Shown here in pieces: positions 56,948 through 64,000 of a stretch of DNA of 64,000 nucleotides. The notes beneath the pieces are model-generated. The model did not search any database, had not been told where the DNA came from, and saw only the letters and a list, made by a program, of their open reading frames with translations. Origin of the DNA: Candidatus Nanosyncoccus sp. Lineage in GTDB: Bacteria > Patescibacteriota > Saccharimonadia > Saccharimonadales > Saccharimonadaceae. Both the position numbers and the translations under genes were made by a program. How positions within the stretch are numbered: position 1 is the stretch's first letter; every line of letters starts with the position of its first letter. The stretch is from NCBI GenBank assembly GCA_045649325.1, contig JAZRPQ010000009.1, positions 12,779 through 76,778 of the forward strand, read 5' to 3'.

Positions 56948-57841
56948 TTATGATTCTATTGTATCATCAGTATTTTCAAAATGCAACTGCTTTTTTGGAT
57001 TTTTGAGAGATTTTCCGCGTCGCTTGGAGATTTTATAGGCAATTGTACCAATTATAGTAACGATCAAAAGTAGTACTAATACTATAAACCAAATCGGGCA
57101 GACTAAAAGCACTGTAGTATTGCTAGAAAATTCATCAATATAAGAAGCTTCCTGCGTTATTTCAAAAATCCCAAGCTGCGGCAAACCGTCCAGGTTCCTC
57201 GACACCACTCTTGTGCTAGTTGGCAAAATTTGAGATTTGTATTCGTCAACTTCTTCACCAGTAAGAGATATGTCCTGTCCGCCAATCATATTCTTGACTT
57301 TCAAATTCACTGTCAAAGTTTCGTGTACATTGCCGGTGTTTGAAACTGTCACAAAGGTGGTCGGAGTACCAGCAGCAGAAAAACTCGGAACATAATTTTC
57401 CAAAATTTGCCCCTCGTGGACAGTCTTCCCATCCATCCGCGCGAGGATCAAACTTCCCATCGTAAACGAATCCTTGAGGCTACTCGTATTCTCATGAGTA
57501 TCAGATACCGATGTCACTCCAATCATCGCATACTGCCCACCTGTCGGAGCCGATTTTGGTACGTCAATCGTAAAACGAACCTCTCTAGATTCATTCGGAG
57601 CCAAAGTCCCGGTCGGCTCATCTACTGTAATCCAGTTGACGATTTTTGACCAGTCCGATATAGTCTCGATGTCCGGCTCGGCCTCGTTACCAGTCACAAA
57701 ATAAGGTTTTACCGTGACCTTGTAACTGAAATTTTCCGTTGCCGCTTTGGGATTAGTAACCAAAATCTTCCCCTCGTATTTTTGACCAGATTTGAGTTCG
57801 ATCTCTTGTTTAATTGGTGACACTACGAAAGAAATTGCCAT
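56948..57841 (-). CDS. DUF916/DUF3324-like cell-surface protein with C-terminal TM anchor (tentative)
   Basis: PIKQEIELKSGQKYEGKILVTN Ig-like start, second beta domain, C-terminal TM helix plus KRRGK stop-transfer. This is the architecture of WxL-locus partner proteins. Confidence 0.45.
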   Translation of the reverse strand: MAISFVVSPIKQEIELKSGQKYEGKILVTNPKAATENFSYKVTVKPYFVTGNEAEPDIETISDWSKIVNWITVDEPTGTLAPNESREVRFTIDVPKSAPTGGQYAMIGVTSVSDTHENTSSLKDSFTMGSLILARMDGKTVHEGQILENYVPSFSAAGTPTTFVTVSNTGNVHETLTVNLKVKNMIGGQDISLTGEEVDEYKSQILPTSTRVVSRNLDGLPQLGIFEITQEASYIDEFSSNTTVLLVCPIWFIVLVLLLIVTIIGTIAYKISKRRGKSLKNPKKQLHFENTDDTIES

Positions 57842-57844
57842 CTA

Positions 57845-58405
57845 TTATTCAACCTCCAAAATCTCAGCTGTACCGAGTTTTAAGTATAGCAGTCTTTGGT
57901 TTTTTGACCCTCTAAATCTCAGGGTAAGGTCTTTCTGGCTCTGGATAAATGGTCCGTCGATTAAAGCATCAAGAGACTTCAAGAATAAAAGGGCCTCGCC
58001 GCCAGCTTCTTTGATTTGCTCATAGGTAAACCCCGAGAAGCTCCAGACGTTCCATCCTAGCTCCTTTCGGACCCTCTCAGCTATCTCACGGCAAGCTTTT
58101 GGTTGGACGAAAGGCTCACCCCCACAAAAGGTCAATCCAGTTTGCCCCTTAAATTCAGACAAGCGTTCTACGACTTCGTCAATCGGGACAAGAAATCCAC
58201 CATCAAAATCCCAAGTCTCCGGGTTTTGACACCCCAGGCAATGGTTCGGGCAACCTTGCGTCCAAACCACCGCCCGAAGACCATCCCCATTTACGATATT
58301 ATCGTGTTCCAAGGGCCCGGAGAGCCGAATCATGCCCTCCGGTGGTTGTTTGGCCTCCTTTATCTTAGCAATTGCAATTTTGTTCCAATCTTTCAAAGCT
58401 GACAT
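57845..58405 (-). CDS. nrdG: Anaerobic ribonucleotide reductase activating protein (radical SAM)
   Basis: NGDGLRAVVWTQGCPNHCLGCQNPETW (Cx3Cx2C). The true start may be ATG 58333 (MIRLSGP), since the listed start overlaps nrdD by 41 nt. Confidence 0.85.
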   Translation of the reverse strand: MSALKDWNKIAIAKIKEAKQPPEGMIRLSGPLEHDNIVNGDGLRAVVWTQGCPNHCLGCQNPETWDFDGGFLVPIDEVVERLSEFKGQTGLTFCGGEPFVQPKACREIAERVRKELGWNVWSFSGFTYEQIKEAGGEALLFLKSLDALIDGPFIQSQKDLTLRFRGSKNQRLLYLKLGTAEILEVE

Positions 58406-60557
58406 CTCCTTCTAATCGCCCGCAGTGAGGGCATCTTTCTCCCTTTATTATACCACTAAAGCCGCACACTGGGTCGCGATCTACTGGGTGGTTGACCGAA
58501 CCATAACCAATCCCCGAGTCATGCATCTTGCGAATCACTGCTTCAAAGGCTGCAATATTTTGAGATGGATCGCCATCTAGCTCGATGTAAGTGATGTGCC
58601 CAGCGTTACACAGATTATGATAAGGCGCTTCAATCTCAATCTTGTCAAATGCGGAAATTGGGTAATACACTGGCACATGGAAGGAGTTGGTATAGAAATC
58701 CCTATCCGTCACACCCTTGATTTTACCATATTCCTTACGATCGATCCTGGTAAACCGTCCCGCAATCCCCTCGGCCGGAGTAGCGAGCAGCGAGAAATTG
58801 AGGTGATATTTCTTGCAGTATTCATCGCATTTTTCACGCATATGACTCACGATATCTAGCCCAAGTTCCCTTGCATCTTCGTCTTCACCGTGATGCTTGC
58901 CTACCATCGCCACCAAAGTCTCAGCCAGCCCAATAAAGCCAATCGAAAGCGTCCCGTGCTTAATCACATCGCGCAGCGTATCGTTCCAGCCCAGTTTCTC
59001 TGAACCAAACCAGTTACCCTGGCCCATCAAGAATGGGAAATTTCTCACGTGCTGGTTAGCCTGAAATTCAAAGCGCTCGAGAAGCTCATCCTTTACTAGA
59101 TCCATTTTTTCATCCAGCTCTTTATAAAAGCCATCCCAATCCGCTTCTTTTCTCTCTTTCAAGCAAATCCCGTGCTTAATCCCAATCCGCACCAAATTAA
59201 CAGTAGTAAATGAAAGGTTGCCCCGCCCGGTCACGATGCCGTCCGACTCTGGGAACACAGAAGCAAACACCCGCGTCCGGCAACCCATCGTCGCAATCTC
59301 GGTTCTATAGTCGCCCTTCTTGTAGTATTTCAAGTTGTACGGTGCATCAATAAAACAAAAGTTCGGGAATAGTCTCTTGGCCGAAACCTCCATTGACTTT
59401 TTAAACAAATCATAGTTCGGGTCATCTGACTCGTAGTTAATCCCGCTTTTGACCTTAAAAATTGAAATAGGAAAAATCGGAGTTTCGCCCTTGCCTAAGC
59501 CCTTTTCGGTCGCCTCAAGCAAATACTTTGATACAAGTCGACCCGCCGGCGTCGTGTCAGTACCAAAATTAATCGAAGTAAACGGCACCTGTGCACCCGC
59601 ACGAGAATGCATTGTGTTGAGGTTATGAATAAACCCTTCCATCGCTTGTAATGTTTCTCTATCTACATCCTCATTTGAAGCTTCGATCACTTCTTTTGGC
59701 CATTTAGCCTTCTTTAGTTTTTCGTCGTCCCCAAATTCATAATCCTCTTTAACTTCTAGGTCGATTTTTTTGCCAGAAAACTTATTATATTTCTCCAAAT
59801 TCCGCTTCAGGGCCTTTCTAAAGGATTTATTTACCCCTGGCGCCATTGCATAATCAAAATTCGGGATCGACTGTCCACCATGCTGCTCGTTTTGGTTGGC
59901 CTGAAGAAGAATCGCAGCAAGCGCCCCATAGGAACCAATCGAATTTGGAGTACGAAGATGCCCGTGGCCAGTGTTAAACCCACCGTTTTCAAATAGTACA
60001 AACGGATCAGACTGGCAACAGGTCAGAGTCCCCGTCGCATAAAAATCTAAATCATGAATATGGATATCGCCATTATCGTGCGCTGCCGCAATATCTGGAC
60101 GTAGCATCAAAGTTTTTGCAAATACTTTAGCCCCTTCCGCACCAAACTGAAGCATCTTCCCCATAGCGGAGTTGCCATCAACGTTAGCGTTAGAACGCTT
60201 TACATCTGAATCTTCAGATGCATCCGAGTGTGAAATCGTCTTGTAAATATTCATCAAATCCGACTTGGCATCACGCACCCTCGAGCGCTCCTGACGAAAC
60301 TTGATGTATTCTCTGGCTGTCCGTTTAAAACTTGACTCCATCAATACTTCTTCTACGATATCTTGAATCTGCTCTACGCTTGGAGTCCGAGCTGTGATCG
60401 TCTCCTCAGCTCTCTTTAGTACTTTGTCAGCCAATGCTTTTGCTCGATCGGCCTTAAATTCCTCTGTTGCTGAACCAGCCTTCGCGATTGCCTCAGCGAT
60501 TTTTTCAGGATTGAAATTGACAATTTTCCCATCCCGTTTTTTGATTTTCTTAAACAT
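58365..60557 (-). CDS. nrdD: Anaerobic ribonucleoside-triphosphate reductase (class III), C-terminus atypically short
   Basis: N-terminal ATP-cone (KIKKRDGKIVNFNPEKI), catalytic TMGCRTRV, GIGYGSVNHPVD, partial zinc ribbon CGF...CPHCG. The ORF ends 17 aa after CPHCG. Confidence 0.88.
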   Translation of the reverse strand: MFKKIKKRDGKIVNFNPEKIAEAIAKAGSATEEFKADRAKALADKVLKRAEETITARTPSVEQIQDIVEEVLMESSFKRTAREYIKFRQERSRVRDAKSDLMNIYKTISHSDASEDSDVKRSNANVDGNSAMGKMLQFGAEGAKVFAKTLMLRPDIAAAHDNGDIHIHDLDFYATGTLTCCQSDPFVLFENGGFNTGHGHLRTPNSIGSYGALAAILLQANQNEQHGGQSIPNFDYAMAPGVNKSFRKALKRNLEKYNKFSGKKIDLEVKEDYEFGDDEKLKKAKWPKEVIEASNEDVDRETLQAMEGFIHNLNTMHSRAGAQVPFTSINFGTDTTPAGRLVSKYLLEATEKGLGKGETPIFPISIFKVKSGINYESDDPNYDLFKKSMEVSAKRLFPNFCFIDAPYNLKYYKKGDYRTEIATMGCRTRVFASVFPESDGIVTGRGNLSFTTVNLVRIGIKHGICLKERKEADWDGFYKELDEKMDLVKDELLERFEFQANQHVRNFPFLMGQGNWFGSEKLGWNDTLRDVIKHGTLSIGFIGLAETLVAMVGKHHGEDEDARELGLDIVSHMREKCDEYCKKYHLNFSLLATPAEGIAGRFTRIDRKEYGKIKGVTDRDFYTNSFHVPVYYPISAFDKIEIEAPYHNLCNAGHITYIELDGDPSQNIAAFEAVIRKMHDSGIGYGSVNHPVDRDPVCGFSGIIKGERCPHCGRLEGDVSFERLEQNCNC

Positions 60558-60573
60558 TTTGCATAACCTCCTC

Positions 60574-60628
60574 CCCCCATATTTAGCGTCTAATTATTAT
60601 TCTAGCACACCACATATAGCGATTTCAA
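60574..60628 (-). promoter_or_regulatory. nrdD promoter with two NrdR-box-like sites
   Basis: Minus strand TTGAAA (reverse complement of 60623-60628), 18 nt, TAGAAT (reverse complement of 60599-60604). Box 1 tcgCTATATGTGGTGT (60607-60622) fills the spacer. Box 2 acgCTAAATATGGGGG (60574-60589) lies 33 nt downstream. Confidence 0.4.
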
Positions 60629-60739
60629 GACTTTTATGCTAAAAATGTAAAAAATACAACATTACCTCGAGATTCTAGACAAAATCCAAGATATATGATA
60701 TAATAAAGAGGTGGGTGTACATTTATAGGAGGTGGTAAT

Positions 60740-61009
60740 ATGAGTAGTATCAGGATTTATCAGATTGACGAATGCCATACAGTAGATTTGACACGGATCA
60801 TTTCGACGAGGTTTATTAGGTATTCTAAAGACAATGGTACGAACAAAGAAGGCGACGGCTGGATCATTATCAGCCTCGAAACCGGCATCCTAGAGGTGCC
60901 TTGCACAGCTGAAGAGCTCAAGCCAAAGTATGATGCTTTAGTCAAAGCATGGGAAGACTATGCTATCAGCCGCGCAAAGACTAAAAGCAAAATCAAACAT
61001 TGTAAATAA
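60740..61009 (+). CDS. Hypothetical small protein
   Basis: 89-aa ORF with SD TAGGAGGTGG, TGATATAAT promoter upstream and a terminator downstream. No family recognised. Confidence 0.55.
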   Translation: MSSIRIYQIDECHTVDLTRIISTRFIRYSKDNGTNKEGDGWIIISLETGILEVPCTAEELKPKYDALVKAWEDYAISRAKTKSKIKHCK

Positions 61010-61032
61010 TCCACCCACTCCCATTTTTATAC

Positions 61033-61060
61033 CCCGGCCAGCATCATCGGCCGGGTTTTT
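61033..61060 (+). terminator. Intrinsic terminator
   Basis: CCCGGCC-agcatcatc-GGCCGGG followed by TTTTT. Confidence 0.7.
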
Positions 61061-61066
61061 ACTGCA

Positions 61067-61092
61067 CAAAAAATGGTGGGGAATACAGGGCT
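61067..61092 (-). repeat. Exact 26-nt copy of the tRNA-Val 3' end plus 7 nt of flank
   Basis: CAAAAAATGGTGGGGAATACAGGGCT at 61067-61092 is identical to 61136-61161. Confidence 0.8.
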
Positions 61093-61142
61093 CGATTCGA
61101 AGAACGACGCCCTACTTTTTGAGTTTTTTGAGAATCAAAAAA

Positions 61143-61219
61143 TGGTGGGGAATACAGGGCTTGAACCTGTGACCTTACGAATGTGAATCGTACGCTCTAG
61201 CCAGCTGAGCTAATTCCCC
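61143..61219 (-). tRNA. tRNA-Val (anticodon CAC)
   Basis: Folded by hand on the minus strand: acceptor GGGGAAT/ATTCCCC, D-arm GCTC/GAGC, anticodon stem TACGA/TCGTA with loop TTCACAT, T-arm ACAGG-TTCAAGC-CCTGT, encoded CCA. Confidence 0.9.
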
Positions 61220-61244
61220 ACATTTGTGGTATAATTATTATATC

Positions 61245-62285
61245 ATGGATTTATCAAAAATAAAAGCTGAGAAAAAAGAAATAGAGGAGTTTTTGGCTAG
61301 ACCAGACGCTTATACTGACCCAAATTATCCAGCAAAAGCCAAACGCGCCTCCACCCTTCAAGAAATTATCGACTTAGACTCTGAGATAACTAGATTAGAA
61401 AGCAATTTAGCCGAAGCAAGAGAGCTCAGTGCCGATCCAGAACTCGGCGAAATCGCAAAGAGCGACATCGAGACCATCACTAAGGACTTAGAAGTCAAAA
61501 AATCCACTCTCGAAGAGCTTTTGATTCCGCGTGACCCTACCGACGACAAACCGGCCATCGTGGAAATCCGTGCTGGCGCCGGAGGTGACGAAGCTTCACT
61601 CTTTGCCGGCGAATTGTATCGCCTCTATCAACACTACGCCGAAAAACACGATCTAAAATGCGAGCTAATCAGTGAGAACGAAAACGAAGCCGGTGGTATG
61701 AAAGAAGTCATTTTCAAAGTCTCTGGCGATAACGCTTACGGTCAGCTCAAGTTCGAAGGCGGCGTCCACCGCGTCCAGCGCGTCCCAGTCACCGAGTCGC
61801 AGGGCCGCATCCATACTTCTACTGCCACCGTCGCTGTACTTCCAGAAGCCTCCGAGGAAGACCTCGAAATCAAACAAGAAGATCTCCGTATCGATATCTA
61901 CCGCTCTGGCGGCCATGGTGGTCAGGGTGTCAACACTACCGATTCTGCCGTCCGTATCACCCACCTTCCGACCGGCATCGTCGTTGCCATGCAAGACGAA
62001 AGAAGTCAGCAGCAAAACCGCGTTAAAGCCATGAATATCCTTCGTTCCCGGCTTCTCGAAAAGAAAAAGGAAGAAGAAATGAAAAACGCTTCTGAGGCAC
62101 GAAAGTCCCTAATCGGCACCGGCGACCGCAGCGAAAAAATCCGCACTTACAACTTCCCTCAAGACCGCATCACTGACCACCGCATCCACTATAGCCGTTC
62201 TAATATCAATGCGGCCATGGACGGAGATATTGACGATATCATTACGGAACTAGTCAAGCATGAACGAGGGCTCAAAGAAAGTTAA
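61245..62285 (+). CDS. prfA: Peptide chain release factor 1
   Basis: PVT tripeptide context ([16 protein letters not shown]) and [24 protein letters not shown] (GGQ). Start set at ATG 61245 (MDLSKIK). Confidence 0.9.
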   Translation: MDLSKIKAEKKEIEEFLARPDAYTDPNYPAKAKRASTLQEIIDLDSEITRLESNLAEARELSADPELGEIAKSDIETITKDLEVKKSTLEELLIPRDPTDDKPAIVEIRAGAGGDEASLFAGELYRLYQHYAEKHDLKCELISENENEAGGMKEVIFKVSGDNAYGQLKFEGGVHRVQRVPVTESQGRIHTSTATVAVLPEASEEDLEIKQEDLRIDIYRSGGHGGQGVNTTDSAVRITHLPTGIVVAMQDERSQQQNRVKAMNILRSRLLEKKKEEEMKNASEARKSLIGTGDRSEKIRTYNFPQDRITDHRIHYSRSNINAAMDGDIDDIITELVKHERGLKES

Positions 62286-62895
62286 TTTTTGCGGCTACGA
62301 TTTTCTCGTAAGTAGAGACGTCCTCACCCCCCGCCCAGAAACCGAGCAAATCGTTGACGAAGTTTTGAGGCTCTGCGGGAAGCCCATTCTTCCTGGCGTA
62401 AAGCCAGAAAAACCCGTTTTAGACCCCAGTAATCTAAAAATCCTAGATGTCGGCACCGGCTCGGGTTGCATAGCTATTACCCTCAAGAAAAAACTCCCAG
62501 ATTCAGATATCTACGCCACCGACATTTCAGAAAAAGCCCTCAAAATCGCCCTAAAAAACGCCGAGAAAAACGGCGTACCTATTACCTTCATTATATCACA
62601 CTTATGCCAAAATGTCAATTTCGCCCCTAACATCATCGTCGCCAACCTTCCCTATGTTGACAAGAATTGGGACTGGCTCGACCTTGACTCCCTAAAAGAC
62701 GACCCAGATATAGCCCTCTACGCCGAAGACGGCGGTCTCAAGCTTATCAAAGAGCTCGTTGATACTGCCACCTCCAAATACCTCATCCTCGAAGCTGACC
62801 CTTGTGAGCACCAAAAGATTATTGATTACGCCAAGAAAAAATATAAACTGATGAATAAAAACGGTTTTGGGCTAACTTTTATTAGGGATTTTTGA
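62260..62895 (+). CDS. prmC: Release-factor glutamine N5-methyltransferase (PrmC/HemK), lacking the usual N-terminal helical domain
   Basis: [19 protein letters not shown] (motif I), ANLPYV (NPPY-type). Overlaps prfA by 26 nt. Confidence 0.78.
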   Translation: MNEGSKKVNFCGYDFLVSRDVLTPRPETEQIVDEVLRLCGKPILPGVKPEKPVLDPSNLKILDVGTGSGCIAITLKKKLPDSDIYATDISEKALKIALKNAEKNGVPITFIISHLCQNVNFAPNIIVANLPYVDKNWDWLDLDSLKDDPDIALYAEDGGLKLIKELVDTATSKYLILEADPCEHQKIIDYAKKKYKLMNKNGFGLTFIRDF

Positions 62896-62945
62896 GCCTC
62901 TGACTTGTCACGGCGATAAAATCCCTAATAAAAGTTATTTAGTGG

Positions 62946-64000
62946 TTATTTATCGTTGTATCCTTCGAGCGTTACATTTACCGCAATCTCTTGACCATTT
63001 CTAATCACAGATAGCTGCACCGTGTCGCCAGGCTTGTACTCACCAATAAGCGTAAAAAGTGAACCCGCCGAGCCAATTTTTACACCATTTACCGCAGTAA
63101 TAATATCTTTCTCTTTGAGTCCTGCCTTTTCTGCTGGTGAACCAGACACAATAGCAGAATATTTTCCATTAGAAGCATAGAGATAAGCTCCACTCGTTAC
63201 TGGAAGATCATAAGCCTTCGCCGAGTCTGCGGTAATCTCCGAACCATAAACACCGAGATAGGCGCGTGAAGCTTGACCAGATTCTTTCAATTGGGCCAAC
63301 ATCCCCTTGACCGCTGCAATCGGAATCGCAAAACCCACGTTCTCTCCAGAAGTCGAGTTCGCTGTATTGATGCCAATCACTTCGCCAGCCGCATTAATAA
63401 GCGGGCCACCCGAATTTCCAGAGTTAATCGCTGCGTCCGTCTGAATCATATCGGTCAGTTTCTCACTCATCGTACCAGTCGAATCCGTCGCCATTAGAGT
63501 CCGGCCAGTCCCCGAAATCACCCCAGAAGTTACCGTGTTTTGGTATTCACCTAGTGCGTTGCCAATCGCCACCACCTGTTGACCTACAGTAATAGTCTTA
63601 GAATCACCCAAAGTCGCTGCCTTGAGCCCAGCAGCATCCTTGATCTTGAGAAATGCCACGTCGTTAAGCGAGTCCACCGCGGCCACCTCCACATCTTTGT
63701 AGGTCGTACCGTCTGCTAACACTACTTGAATTGATGTAGCCCCCTCGATCACATGCTTATTTGTCAAAATATAACCATTGTCTGACACTATAATGCCGGT
63801 ACCCGCAGCCGAGCTAGTATAGCTCTGTCCAAAATAGCTTGCAGTCTTGACCGAGGTCACAATCGAAACCACGCTCTCCGAAACTTTATTCACTACCTCC
63901 GCGATTGACCCTTCGACAAAGCTCGCCGAATTACCATCTGCGCCCGAACTCAAAAAGGTCAAAGGAGTATTAGCCTTTTGATAAGAAAGAAACGAAAATG
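62946..64000 (-). CDS. htrA: HtrA/DegP-family serine protease with PDZ domain (5' end beyond the window)
   Basis: TNKHVIEG (His), NDVAFLKI (Asp), GNSGGPLIN (Ser), C-terminal PDZ (AEKAGLKEKDIITAVNG). The frame is still open upstream of the listed TTG at 63962. Confidence 0.85.
   Translation of the reverse strand, partial: FSFLSYQKANTPLTFLSSGADGNSASFVEGSIAEVVNKVSESVVSIVTSVKTASYFGQSYTSSAAGTGIIVSDNGYILTNKHVIEGATSIQVVLADGTTYKDVEVAAVDSLNDVAFLKIKDAAGLKAATLGDSKTITVGQQVVAIGNALGEYQNTVTSGVISGTGRTLMATDSTGTMSEKLTDMIQTDAAINSGNSGGPLINAAGEVIGINTANSTSGENVGFAIPIAAVKGMLAQLKESGQASRAYLGVYGSEITADSAKAYDLPVTSGAYLYASNGKYSAIVSGSPAEKAGLKEKDIITAVNGVKIGSAGSLFTLIGEYKPGDTVQLSVIRNGQEIAVNVTLEGYNDK

Overview
Gene-dense (about 90% coding), AT-leaning bacterial chromosome segment. 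It uses the standard code: TGA terminates full-length conserved genes, and a normal tRNA-Trp(CCA) is present. By inference only, the content looks like a reduced-genome Patescibacteria/CPR (Saccharibacteria-like) organism. The supporting genes are queH-queA-tgt, cysS, phospholipid head-group genes (pgsA, cdsA, gpsA) plus an AMP-forming acyl ligase but no fatty-acid synthesis genes, class III RNR nrdDG, a minimal NifS/NifU pair, alpha-glucan genes (GT35, GT4, GH57, GH97), a sortase, and many surface or membrane proteins. I support about 68 CDSs. One, at 1..1019, is missing from the ORF track because it runs off the window. Another, at 50626..50757, is a 43-aa zinc-finger ORF below the track cutoff. 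I also call 3 tRNAs (Gln-CTG, Trp-CCA, Val-CAC), many intrinsic terminators and several promoters. No rRNA, CRISPR array, integrase or transposase was seen. Main items for follow-up: (1) a tightly packed six-gene operon (29318..36933) of VTC polyphosphate-polymerase-like domain, DUF4956 membrane protein, Cthe_2159-type beta-helix protein, OmpR-type regulator, histidine kinase and a fused MacB-like ABC transporter, lying next to a GGDEF cyclase and a tRNA-Gln with tRNA debris; (2) nrdD appears to lack the C-terminal glycyl-radical motif and overlaps an intact nrdG; (3) rplK is inverted inside a fragmented secE-nusG-rplKAJL cluster, with back-to-back perfect consensus promoters and near-identical flanking hairpins; (4) an ~85-nt promoter/operator module (hairpin plus long palindrome plus extended -10) is duplicated at two distant divergent promoters; (5) TGnTATAAT boxes sit 6-9 nt from many start codons, implying leaderless mRNAs, including a 14-bp divergent gpsA/nifU intergenic region. 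All functional calls rest on my recognition of motifs in the translations. No database search was run.
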